Shown piece after piece: positions 1-24,668 of a DNA stretch of 64,000 nucleotides. Position numbers and translations under genes: made by a program. A model generated the notes under the pieces. It worked only from the letters and a program-made list of their open reading frames with translations. It was not told the origin of the DNA and ran no database searches. Source of the DNA: the human T2T-CHM13v2.0 reference genome, Homo sapiens; assembly GCF_009914755.1 (NCBI RefSeq), contig NC_060927.1; one strand, given 5' to 3'. Numbering within the stretch: the stretch's first letter is position 1; each line of letters starts with the position of its first letter.

Positions 1-120
<120 letters not shown>

Positions 121-974
121 TGAGTCCACTCAATTCAACTCAGAAATCACAGTGAGGAAAGTGATTATAATTTGACTTGAGATTTTAATTTCAGAATTTA
201 TACTTCCAAATAAGTGATATTCCTTTCAAAGAAATCTATTACAGAAAAAGCAGAAAAGGTTTGAGTAAGTTCATCTATTTTGGAAAGTTATAAACTTATG
301 CAACCAATGGTACTGTTGCTCTAAATGGCTCTTAACTCCCTTCAGAGCCTGTTACCAGTCTTATAACGAATATCCTTTAGCAAACCCTGTTGAATAGCTA
401 ATCCCAAATCTATTTCCAACCCTTTCCCCTTGCCTGCTTTTTCTGTAATAGGAAATATCTTCACTTTTCCAGGCTCCCCTAGAGCTAGTGGTAACCATAT
501 CACACAGGATTACAGCCAAATGAAACATAAGAATTTTTCAGGAGCCCCTTGGAAAGGTTTTGCTTACCTGATAAAAATGGACACGTCACTGATGTCAAGC
601 ACACCCCCTTCTTTCTGCCTTAAATAAGAATATAATGCCTAGAGACGAGGCAGTCATCTCAAATGCCAAGAGAAAGGCCAAGGGATTCAGACACTAACCT
701 TGACATTTTTGAGCCACTGAGCAAAGACACTAGCCACTTACCTCCCATCATCCTATATTTGATAAATAACTCCCCTTCTTATTTAAACAACCATCAGTTT
801 ATTTACTGCCAAATGTATTCCTGGTATAATTTTTAAAGTGGTAGATGTTAACTTTTTGCAACTGGATTTGATTTAAAGATCCCAAAGTAACCTGGAGATA
901 GGTCTAGTAAGTAAAGTCGCAATTAATTAATCAAAACAAGTAATGCCACTTTGGGCCAAAACAAAGGTGTATCA

Positions 975-1353
<379 letters not shown>

Positions 1354-1750
1354 ATTAATTAATTAATTAAAGATGGCAAGTTGTAACCCAGTAATCTTGG
1401 TTCCTAGCATTTGTCATGTACTGGACTGAGAAATACAAAGGATAAGAAATACAAAGGATTTGTATTTCCAACAGCTTAATACTACACAATCAATTCTAAT
1501 AAAAAACTACTTCTACCTGTCACCAATTCACTTAAAATTTTGAAGCACAAGTTTTAAAAGGAACATAAACACGCTAGGTTGGGAATCTGGACTTGAGGCA
1601 AAGCCAGACCTTTTTGCCTAAAATATATACCTCGAGGATCTCACCAGAAGTGTGCATCAAGCTGAGGACATTAAGAGTACATTACACAAGCTGGCCCCAG
1701 GGTTAAGTTCAGAACTTATCAGTAGGTACACATACTGAATACATCACACA

Positions 1751-5890
<4,140 letters not shown>

Positions 5891-6259
5891 TAATCAGAGC
5901 TGGAGAGTCTCAGATGGCTTCACTCGTACCTGGAGCCTTAGTGCTGGTTGTTGTCTGCTTGCTCTTTCACCGCCCAGTCCTTGGTGTTCAGTAGTCTAGC
6001 GGGGGCTTCTACCATGACAGAGGGAGTGTTCCAAGTGGGCAAAGGCAAAAGCTGCAAGGTCTTCTGAGGCCGACTCTGGACCTTGCACAATATTACTTCC
6101 ACCACATGCTACCGATCAAACTAAGCCGCAAGTCCAACCCAGCTGCAAGGAATAGGGAAGTTGACTCCAGCTTCGGATAAGAACTACAAAATATTGTGGC
6201 CATGGTGTTTTATCTACCACACTAGATGTGGCAGAGGCAGTTATGCTTCCTAGTCTAGA

Positions 6260-6790
6260 GCAGTAATTCTCAATTCTGGCTATACATTAGAACTGCCTGG
6301 TGAGCTCTTAAAAGTCCTACACCATGGCTCTACCTCATAACAAATGAGAATCTCTAGGAGTGGACCCAAGGCCTTAGTAGTTGTAAGACCTCCCCAGGTG
6401 ATTCTCATGTGCCGCCAGAGTCAAGATCTATTCATACCACAGGTTTGGGGAAACTTTAGTTTACATACAAATCACCTGGAAATCTCATTAAAAACATTGT
6501 AATTTAGTAGGTCTGGGGCAAGGTGAGTCTGAGATTTTGCATATCTAAACAAGCGCCTAAATTAGGGGTTGTCAAACTGCGGCCTATAGAGTGGATTTGA
6601 GTCTCCAACTAAGAATGGTTTTCACACGTTTAAAGAGTTGTTTAAAAAGAAAGAGAAAGAATATGCGACAAAGACCACATGCGGCCATATTTTCTATCTG
6701 ACCTTTTACAAACTAAGTTTGCCAAACCCCTGTCCTAGATGATACCCAAACTGCTAGTTCATGAACCACTTGGAATAGCAAGGAGCTAGA
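6260..6790. mobile_element. hAT-Charlie MITE fragments (MER5-like, with MER58-like at about 6563-6733)
   Basis: CAGTAATTCTCAA...CCAGGTGATTCT motifs; terminal inverted ends AGGGGTTGTCAAACT / AGTTTGCCAAACCCCT. Confidence 0.6.
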
Positions 6791-7519
6791 ACCTGATTCC
6801 TCACTCTTCCAACAATACTTGTACTTAAATTAGAATGGTTTGTTGTCCCACAGATTAATCCTATCTAGGTAACCAAATAAAGAATTCCAATACAAATGTT
6901 TCACTACGACTTACTCCCAGCATCCATGCCCTCTTCTCCTTTTCCAAACCATACTCTAGAATTTCCAGCCATTTCATTTGATGAGACACACCAAGCCCAC
7001 GATTGGCTTAAGCCAAATTTCACATCCCATTCCTTGGCAACTTCAAGGGATTCAAGGATGGGCACCTGTCCCAAGTTAGGCCAATCTGGTCCAGTGAAAT
7101 TCAATTTCAAGATTTTGTTTGTGATAACGGAGAAGACAACTTTTTTTTCTGCTAGATTTGCACCTAAAAATATATAGCCCCAAGAGCTGCTGGCAGCCAT
7201 CTTATAACCACAAGGAGATAGCATGCTGAGAGAATAAAGCCAACATTTAGGAAACAGAGACAAGCCATGGAGAAAATGGTGTCTGGTGACAATTTGAGAC
7301 ACTGGACTTGTCTCGCTAGAAGCCAGTCCTACCTCTACACTTTTGAACTTCATAAACCAATAAATTCCCCTAATTGTTTAGGTCAGTTAAGAGTTTGGTT
7401 TTCTATTGGAATAAGGATGCTTTTAGATGTAGTATGTTTATTACATATTATATAAGGTACATTTTTCTCTTTTTAATGAGCTTTCATTTTAAATTTCCTT
7501 TTTTTGGTGGGCGGGGGGA

Positions 7520-11296
<3,777 letters not shown>

Positions 11297-12149
11297 AGTA
11301 TTAATCTTTTCTTTCCCCCTTAAACCATGCAATCTCAAATGGGATTACCACCTCCATCTGTCCTCATTTTCCACCTCCCCAGGAGTTTAAGATTAGTGCC
11401 TGACAGATCTATGTTAGTGTATGAAGATACAATGCATGTAAAGTTTTCACAAGTCCCTGATAAAATTCACCTGGAATGCTTGTCGGACATATAGGTTCTT
11501 CCACTCCACCCACCCCTCTCCTGATTGTGATTTGGGAGGACTGGGGTGAGGCCTGGGACATAAAATCCATACAAACTCTTCAGGTGATCCTTGAGATTAG
11601 GCAATGGCTCCGCCACATTAGAGCCTCGATTATTTACCACTGACTATCCCACGTGTTGATAAACAATGTTTCTTATCAGCAATCAGGTGGATTCGAGGCA
11701 CCCATCTAACCAAGTCAGAAATTGGAAGGAATGAAGTTTTGAACAAAAGAGGAGGAAAATTTTCAAAGCCAAATGCACATCAGATTCTTAAACAGGTGAG
11801 GAATTTCTCTCTTCTCTCTCAAATTAGAAATGAATTACTGTGATGCAAAAATCAGCAATACTGATCAACCATACGCTTCACACTTCTACTCGGAAGGTTC
11901 GGCAGTTTTCTTTCCAAATCAACCGGAAACGAAATCTTCCACTGTCTCAATTCAACAATAAAGCCTCTCCTACGACTTTGCCAGACACAAAGTGATACCT
12001 TCCATCAGACTTCGTCCTCCCTTAGATCACAAGCTAAAGAAGGCGACTGGTTGTAATGGAACACAACCTTTATAATTAGATGGAAAAAGAATAAAAACCG
12101 CCATTCTGCCAGCTGTACTAACTGCTTCACTTCAGAAACTGGCTCAACA

Positions 12150-12900
12150 GTTTCCACTCGCGATTATGAAGTGTGGCACGCAATGAATCCTCAGCTTAGT
12201 TCCCCTTCCAGTCACGTCCTTCCCAATGGGAAAGGAGAAAGCGCAGGCTCGCGGGGGGCTGGGCTGGGCAAGGGGAGCGAGAAGCGAGGACTGGACGGAG
12301 GCGAGAGAGGAGAGAGAAGGGGCAGGTAAGGTGAAGGGGGTGAGCTGGGGCCAGCACAAGAGGCCCAGACGGCCTCCGCCCCCGAGGATACACGGCCAGA
12401 GCTCAGGGACCAAGAGGCGAGAAGACCAGAGCGCGGCGGCTATTACCTGCGTCCGAGGAGCTGCGGCGGGGTTAGGACCGCAGTGAGCTCCTCGCAGCTG
12501 CGGCCGCCCACCGACGCACCCCACGCCTGGCCGCAGCCCCAGCCTCTCTGCGCCCAGCCTCGCCACGCCATCTTCCCAACCTCTGCCCCACCATGGCCCG
12601 ACCTTACCAACCCCAGCTGCGCAACTACTTCCGGGGCGAAGGCAACACCATAGAGCACGAGGAGCAGTCTAGAGCGCCCCCGCGCGGCTGAGCGGCAGCC
12701 GAACCAGCCACGGTGCCCGGACGACTGGCTGGCGCCCTTCTGTCCCACCGCTTCCCCTCCCACTGCTCAGCTGGCTCCGGGAGCGACCTGCGAGAGTGGC
12801 CCGGCCTCCCGGCATTTGCAGATGAGGAGGATGGGGCCAGAGCGAAGAGGGACAACTGTCATTTTTTCGAGTAACGGCATATACCAGGCGCTTTGCCTAA
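12150..12900. promoter_or_regulatory. PARL: CpG island / PARL promoter with ETS-GABP site (CCGGAAGT on minus, 12627-12634) and YY1-like AAGATGGCG over the start codon
   Basis: GC- and CpG-rich stretch in an otherwise CpG-depleted background, surrounding exon 1. Confidence 0.85.
12447..12571 (-). CDS. PARL: PARL coding exon 1 (mitochondrial rhomboid protease, N-terminal presequence)
   Basis: aagATGG start; MAWRGWAQRGWGCGQAWGASVGGRSCEELTAVLTPPQLLGRR matches the human PARL N-terminus; ends CAG|GTAATA; 125 nt, phase 2. Confidence 0.95.
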
Positions 12901-13112
12901 GATCGCATTTAATCGTCACAGCACTGCTAGAGGTAGATGTCATCACTGTTTCACTTTGCCTCTGGTCAGAGGGGATAGGACTTGCCCGGAGTTGCAGGGC
13001 TGGTCCCTAGAGGAACCAACGTGGCAAGCCAAGTTTTCTTAAATTACTACTTTTTTCTGCATCTCACCACTTCGTGTTATTCTGTATGCCTTTAACAAAG
13101 TCCAAGCCTATC

Positions 13113-13560
<448 letters not shown>

Positions 13561-14276
13561 AAGTAAATAAACACAAAATCCAAGCCTGAAATGAAAAGCG
13601 GGCTTTCACTTTTTCATAATCCATCCCTCAACTACCTGTCAGTTAGCTTGATTCCCTGCCATTCCATTCCCCCCGACCCTAGCTGCAGCCATACAGTCAT
13701 TGGCCATTACTCAAAGGCACCATCCGCGTTCCCACTGCTGAGCATTCATGCTACCGTTCTCACCACTTGAAACATCTAACCGACTTGTCCTTCAGGTCAG
13801 CCTCAAGTGTCACCTCTTCCAGGAGGCCTTTCCCAGACCTCCACTCCAATTTAGATTCCCTTCCTTTGTACTCACATACCGCTTTATGCTTATCTCTGCA
13901 ATAGCACTTCATTCATTCCATAAGCTCTTATTAAGCACCTACAGTGTGTCAGGTGATATGTTAAACCTGGGGATACAATTGAGAAGACACTATATCTGAC
14001 CTCACAAAGATTCTATTGTATTGGGGGAGAAGGCTCTGTAGGAGTCTAGAGAGGGGGGATATAGCCCAATTGAAGGAAGGGGCATGGGAGGCTCAGGGAG
14101 AAGGCTTCCCAGAGAAACTGATAGAGGTCACCAAGAGAAGAGGATTGAAGTGTTCCTCAGAAAGAATAGCATTTGTGATGTCTCCCAGCGCACGACTTGT
14201 TTGAAAAACTAAAATAAATTCACGCCTTTTCCACACAACCCAGAGAGGGGCCCATACGGCATTGTTCTAGATTCTC

Positions 14277-15246
14277 TGTGGGCGGCAAGCCATCCAGGTG
14301 CCGAGGCAAGAGACCAAGGGCACAAGCTGTTCCAGTATAATAAAATATATAAAACAACAAGAGTTATACTAGATCTAGATCATAGACGTGATTATATATG
14401 AATATCATTAATCATCAGTTTGTAGCAATTATTCTTTATTCCAATATTATAATAATCCTCGCTCTATAATCATAACCTAGGAAAAACCGGGCCATACAGA
14501 GGCAGGAGCTGAGGGGACATAGTGAGGAGTGACCAAAAGACAAGAGTGCGAGCCTTCTATTATGCCCAGACAGGGCCACCAGAGGGCTCCTTGGTCTAGG
14601 GGTAATGCCAGCGTCTGGGAAGATGCCCGTTGCCAAGCAGACTGTGGTCTAGCGGTAGCGTGTCAAGGAAAAACACCTGCTACTTAGTAGTCCCTGGGGG
14701 AGTTTAGAGAAGACTCTACTCCTCCACCTCTTGTGGATGGCCTGACATTAGTCAGGCTTTCCCGCAGTTATCCGGAGGCCTAACCGTCTCCCTGTGATGC
14801 TGTGCTTCAGTGGTCACGCTCCTAGTCTGCCTTCGTGTTCCATCCTGTACACCTGGCTCTGCCTTCTAGATAGCAGTAGCAAATTAGTGAAAGTACTAAA
14901 AGTCTCTCATAATGGTGTAAGTTGTTTCTCTCTTTGTCTCCTCTCTCTCTCTGCCTCGGCTGCCAGGCAGGGAAGGGCCCCCGTCCAGTGGACACGTGAC
15001 CCACGTGGCCTTACCTATCATTGGAGATGGCTCACTCTCCTTATCCTGCCCCTTTGTCTTGTATCCAATAAATATCAGTGCAGCCTGGCATTTGGGGCCA
15101 CTACCGGTCTCCGTGTCTTGGTGGTAGTGGTCCCCCGGGCACAGCTGTCTTTTCTTTTATCTCTTTGTCTTGTGTCTTTATTTCTACGCTCTCTCGTCTC
15201 TGCATGTGGGGAGAGACCCACCGACCCTGTGGGGCTGGTCCCTACA
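14277..15246 (+). mobile_element. LTR13/LTR13A solo LTR (ERVK class)
   Basis: TGTGGGCGGCAAGC...GGGGCTGGTCCCTACA termini, 970 bp, 6-bp TSD ATTCTC (14271-14276 / 15247-15252), internal AATAAA at about 15067. Confidence 0.88.
14525..14610 (+). ncRNA. MIR4448: Annotated MIR4448 precursor region (mature GGCTCCTTGGTCTAGGGGTA at 14585-14604); doubtful as a true miRNA
   Basis: Matches the recalled hsa-miR-4448 mature sequence; lies inside the LTR. Confidence 0.7.
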
Positions 15247-15264
15247 ATTCTCATTGTAACTTAA

Positions 15265-15384
<120 letters not shown>

Positions 15385-16271
15385 TAGCACATCTGTAAGA
15401 AGAAAAGTGATGGCGTCTACATCCTACATCTGAAGAGGACCTGGGAGAAGCAAGAAGTTTCTGCTGGCAGCTCGTGCCATCGCTGCCTTTAAAAACCCTG
15501 TTGATGTCAGTGTCATGTCCTCTAGCAATACTGGCCAGAGGGCTGTGCTGAAGTTTGCTGCTGCCACTGGAGCCACTCAAATTGTTGGCCGCTTCACTCC
15601 TGGAACCTTCACTAGCCAGACCCAGGCAGCCTTCAGGGAGCCACGGCTTCTAGTGGTTACTGATCCCAGGGCTGACCACCAGCCTCTCACAGAGACATCT
15701 TATGTTAACCTACCTACCATTGCTCTATGTCACACAGATTTTCCTCTGCGCTATGTGGACATTGCCATCACATGCAACAACAAGGGAGCTCCCTCAGTGG
15801 GTCCGAGCTGGTGGATGCTGGCCCTGGAAGTTCTGCGCGTGTGTGGCACCATTTCCCTCGAACACCCATGGGAGGTCATGCCTGATCTCTACTTCTACAG
15901 AGATCCTGAAGAGATTGGAAAAGAGGAGCAGGTTGCTGCTGAAAAGACTGTGACCAAGGAGGAATTTCAGGGCAAATGGACTGCTCCAGCTCCTGAGTTC
16001 ACCGCTATTCAGCCTGAGGTTGGAGACTGGTCTGATGGTGTACAGGTGCCCTCTGTGCCTATTCATCAGGTCCCTACTGAAGACTGGAGTGCTCAGCCTG
16101 CCACAGAAGACTGGTCTGCAGCTCCCACTGCTCAGGCCACTGAATGGGTAGAAACAACCACTGAATGGTCTTAAGCTGTTCTTGCACAGGCTCTTAAGCA
16201 ACATGGAAATAACGTTGATGGAAAATACACATCAGTTTCTAAAAAATAAATTCACTTTGGTTATATCAGAG

Positions 16272-17535
<1,264 letters not shown>

Positions 17536-17926
17536 TATAGGGATCTGTGAATTTACCATTTCAGAGGGTGAGAGCTTCTCTTAGGGACTGAAAAGAACTT
17601 GGGTGTGGCCATAGGGCTGATGGCTGAAGAGGAACGAACTGAAAGTCACTAAACATGAGGGAGCTCAGAAACAGAGAGGTCCTGGACGTTGACTGCTTTG
17701 CTCACACGAACTTGAGGTCTTCAGGGTGATGGCAGGACTTGGAATGAAATCCTAACATTTCAGTGAAGAAGAGGGTGACTAGAAGGCTATTAATAGTGCT
17801 GAAGAGGTGCTAGAGATAAAGGAGACAGTTTCAGCAGAGGAGACATATGTGGTCAAGGTGGTCTTTGGGCAAGTAATCTGGAAGAATTATGAGGGCATGA
17901 GGAGGATGCTCACCTCCGGAACCTAA

Positions 17927-18609
<683 letters not shown>

Positions 18610-19074
18610 AGGAGGCTGACCTTTATGGACTACATCAATGGGCTCTCTTGCTCTCTGGCTCCTAGCTGGGCTCAGCCAATTACAGCCACAAACAAGAGAT
18701 CGGAGCATAAGGGAAAAATGAGTTTAGAGCACTTATTCTTCCCAGTCCCTCCCTTCTTGAGCCACATGCATTGGCTTCTGTGTTCTCTGTTCTGAAACTC
18801 TCCTCATTGCTCCATTTGAGTGAGTGAGCGTGCCCTTTCTGATCAGAACCTGAACTGGCACAGGAAACAAGCACCCTCCATTCAGAGGCTGCAGGAGCAT
18901 CCTCAGGGGACAGCCAGGGCTCAGTCAGCTGACAAAGGGAAGGACTGGGTAAGGTGTGCTGACCATGAACCAGGCGAAGGAATATTTATTGATTATTATT
19001 AGTAGTTGCAATTTATTAGGCACTTAGCATGTACCAGGGACTGTGCTAGGTATTCTTCATGCATTATTATATTT

Positions 19075-19911
<837 letters not shown>

Positions 19912-20031
19912 TAATGTTAATATCAATCAAATGAGTTAGCATTGTTATCTCCACTTTGCAGATGAGGGAACTGAGGCTTATTGATATTCTGATACTTTCT
20001 AACTAATTCACCGGCTAGCTCCTGACTTTTA

Positions 20032-20319
<288 letters not shown>

Positions 20320-21169
20320 TCAAAAATTAATTAATTAATTCAGATAATTGTATCTACCTTGTCACTTTGGTATTTAAATGGCTTCGTCTATGTTAGGTGC
20401 CCAGTGCACTTCCTAGCACACGGTTGGCAATCAACACATGGCAGCTATTGTCATATCGTCATGAGGATATGGAAGCTGAAAGGGAAGCCTATCCACAGGG
20501 GAAGGGCTCCCTGCAGCGTCATCATTTTAGAGCTAAAAACAAAGGTGCGAGTACTTTTGGATGCTGTCTAGGGGAAGGAGAGCCCTGCCAACATAAACAG
20601 AGCATTCATCACCCGCCAGGCCCTGTGCTGGGCATTGTCACTCCCGACAATCCTAAAGGAAGCCTCCATTTGTCATATGAGGAGACCGAAGCACACAAGG
20701 ACTGGGTTATTGAGAGCAAAACTGGGATTTCAACCAAGGCCAAAGTCCAGGTGAGGGAAAGCTTCCTGGAGGAGTTGGCCTTTCAATGGAATAACACGCA
20801 GAGGGCTGGACAGGATCAAAGACAGGAGGCTGGATGGTGGAGAGGATGAGTGTTAGAAGGGGCTGCAAGCTCCAGACAGGGGCTCTAACAGAGAAAGGGT
20901 TAGGAAAGTGAGGTAGGAAGCAGGTGAATTAGAGCCTGGCTTTGTTTTCTCTGCCCCAGATCCTGCCTGGATCACAGAGAGCTGCCAGCTCAGGGTGGGA
21001 CCTCCCAGGGCCGAGAACCCCAGGCTGTCTCCTGCTCTCTGGGACCCCACTTGCCTAGTGCTTCCCAGTCTGGACTCCCGAGGCCCTGGATATGGCACCG
21101 CACAGAAAATAAGATATCTATGAGAAAGCTCCAGGATTTCACAAAGCCTGAAGAAAGGCCAGAGGCTAA

Positions 21170-21355
<186 letters not shown>

Positions 21356-21944
21356 TAATTTTTGTATTTTTAGTAGAGATGGGGGTTTAACCATGTTGCC
21401 CAGGCTGATCTTGAACTCCTGGCCTCAAGTGATCCACCCACCTCAGCCTTCCAAAGTGCTGGGATTACAGGCGCAAGCCATTAAGCCTGGCCAATACGTC
21501 ATGTTTTATTTCTGGTTAGACTCCTTTCAGCCTGGTGTAGCAGTAATGATTGATCTCCTACTAATTAGAAACATTGGTTCATTCATATGTACGTCCTTTA
21601 AATAACACAAAAGAGAGAGGTAAGGCATTTCCTTTTTTTTTTTGAGATGGAGTCTCATTCTGTCTCCCAGGCTGTAGTGCAGTGGTGCAATCTCTGCTTA
21701 CTACAACCTCCGCCTCCCAGGTTCAAGCGATCCTCCTGCCTCAGCCTTCAGAATAACTGGGATTACAGGCACGTGCCACCATACCCAGTTAACTTTTTTG
21801 TATTTTTAGTAGACAGGGCTTCACCATGTTTGCCAGACTGGTCTTGAACTCCTGACCTCCGGTGATCTGCCCGCCTTGGCCTCTCAAAATGCTAGGATTA
21901 CTGGCGTGAGCCAACGTGTCCGGCCCGAGGCATTTCCTTTTTAA

Positions 21945-22940
<996 letters not shown>

Positions 22941-23612
22941 TAATAAACAAGGCTTGTCTGGAGATGCAAGGATTCAAAATTTAGGGACCCTTGTGTGGAA
23001 ACTAAAGTGGGTCTTTGGTGAAGAATTTGCTGGAAACAGTTATATGGTCTGCTGGCTTTGCTGTATTGAGATGGTGAGATCTTTCTCTGCCCCAGGTCTG
23101 CAGAGAACTGCAGTTCTTCCTTCTGGTCAGGAGAGGGCAGGAGAAGGCAGAAAATAAGCTGCCCCCGCTTCACTTTTTTTTTTTTTTTTTTTTTTTGGTT
23201 TACCAGTCCCCGGCATCTAGAGTATTCGCATTTGCATGCATTATTATATTCATAGTTTTGCTCGAAAGTTTGCCTTTTCCTCTGAACCTAGTTAGCTGCT
23301 GCCTTGTGAGGCTTGATTCCCCAATATTAACTTTGTGGACTGATTTAATGCCAAACTTAACCAATCTTATAAAATCTTCGCCTGCCAAAGCATAACTAAC
23401 CTAATTTAAGAATTGAACTACCCAAACTGAGCTACCTCTGTAGAATCCTTGCTAAGTCTATTCTCCAGTGTCACCCCACAGAGCTTGTGTTAGGGGCAAC
23501 CATGAGCAGCTGAGCTGCATGAACCCCTGGTCCTCCTCTTTTCTAACTTTGCAGGAACCAAAAGAGACTGAGGAAGGACTTCATGGGGGACAGGCCTCCA
23601 GACCCCCAGTGG

Positions 23613-23830
23613 CTACAGGCCATCCTCCCTAGGACCAGGGCTGGGGCTGCTCAGGCGGGGCACTGCGCAGATCTCCTGGGGCTGGGGTTGCCAAGTGCCG
23701 CCAAAGATGTACTCCAGCTTGAGCCCCGGGCTCCCTTCTGGCAGTTGGAACCGAAAGGTCCTGAGGAGGGTGGCAAACATCAGGAAGAGCTCCATTTGAG
23801 CCAGCTGGTCTGCTGGGTAGACACGATGCC
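23613..23830 (-). pseudogene. CYP2AB1P: CYP2AB1P exon 9 (heme-binding region, Cys replaced by Tyr)
   Basis: [33 protein letters not shown]...PREDGL*. Confidence 0.92.
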
Positions 23831-23927
23831 CTGGAAACAGAGAGAAAAGTCAGAGGTGGCAGCTGTCCCTGTGTCTGTCCCACCACAGCCCCACCCACCA
23901 CCCAGGATCCAGCTCTGTGCCTAGTAC

Positions 23928-24069
23928 CTGCAGAGAATGGCAGGAAGGCCTCATTGGCCACAAAGTTTCCATCCTTGTCCGAGAAGTGGCCAGGGTTGAA
24001 CTGTCGAGGGGTCTCCCAGCACTCAGGGTCATAGAGCACAGAGGCCAGGTTGGGTAAGATGATGGTGCC
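23928..24069 (-). pseudogene. CYP2AB1P: CYP2AB1P exon 8
   Basis: [48 protein letters not shown]|GTACTA; 142 nt. Confidence 0.93.
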
Positions 24070-24569
24070 CTGCAGAGAGATGCTGGTGTGGCTCAGGGAG
24101 CCTCAGATGGTACCCAGTACCCAGCCCTGACACTGAGCCACAGTGAGCTTGGAGAATACCCAGTGTGTTGGTGGGAGCGGTCCAGGGGCCTTGAGGAGAC
24201 TCAGCAGCCGGCCCTCAGGCTGCCCTTCCTCCAGGCTCACATCAGTGAAGGAGCTGAGCAGGACACCCTCCTGGCTAAGGACTGCCCAGCTTTGTCCTGA
24301 AGACTCCCAGCCACGTCTAGGGACATGAAGCCATTGCCTCCTACAGAGAAGGCCAACAGCTGGGGGCATGTCTGGAAGGGGCCAAGGACAGCCCAGGACA
24401 ATACACACTGGGGCAGGGGATGTGTGCACACGTGGGTGTTAAGAGGAAGAGACAGAACGAGGAGAAATGGAATGGCAAACAAGCAGAGAAAGAGGAACTG
24501 AGTGATGGAAAGACAGAGAGGAGACAGCAAGCTTCACTCTTTAGGGTTGGGGAGAGGAAAACATGAACC

Positions 24570-24668
24570 ATAAGCCCAACTCTAACCTTCAACCTAACCC
24601 CAACCCTCACCTTCCCCCAAACCCAAACCCAAATCTTCCCTCTCACCCTCACCTCAGCCCTCACTCTA
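24570..24668. repeat. Degenerate C-rich hexamer repeat (CCCTAA/CCCAAA/CCCTCA-like)
   Basis: CCCAAC TCTAAC CTTCAAC CTAAC CCCAAC CCTCAC ... CCCAAA CCCAAA. Confidence 0.75.

Noticed and set aside
12571-12763. 64-codon in-frame N-terminal extension of PARL in ORF 12443..12763
   Set aside because: It starts at GTG with no in-frame ATG before 12571 and probably lies upstream of the main TSS.
14585-14660. A tRNA-Pro gene at the miR-4448 site
   Set aside because: Similarity ends after about 20 nt; no anticodon arm, T-arm or B box.
23174-23349. T22 tract as a retrocopy tail or CYP2AB1P 3' end
   Set aside because: No TSD or recognisable insert. It is a genomic A-run on the minus strand that would cause oligo-dT internal priming. 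The ATTAAA at 23349-23344 is a possible but unsupported signal.
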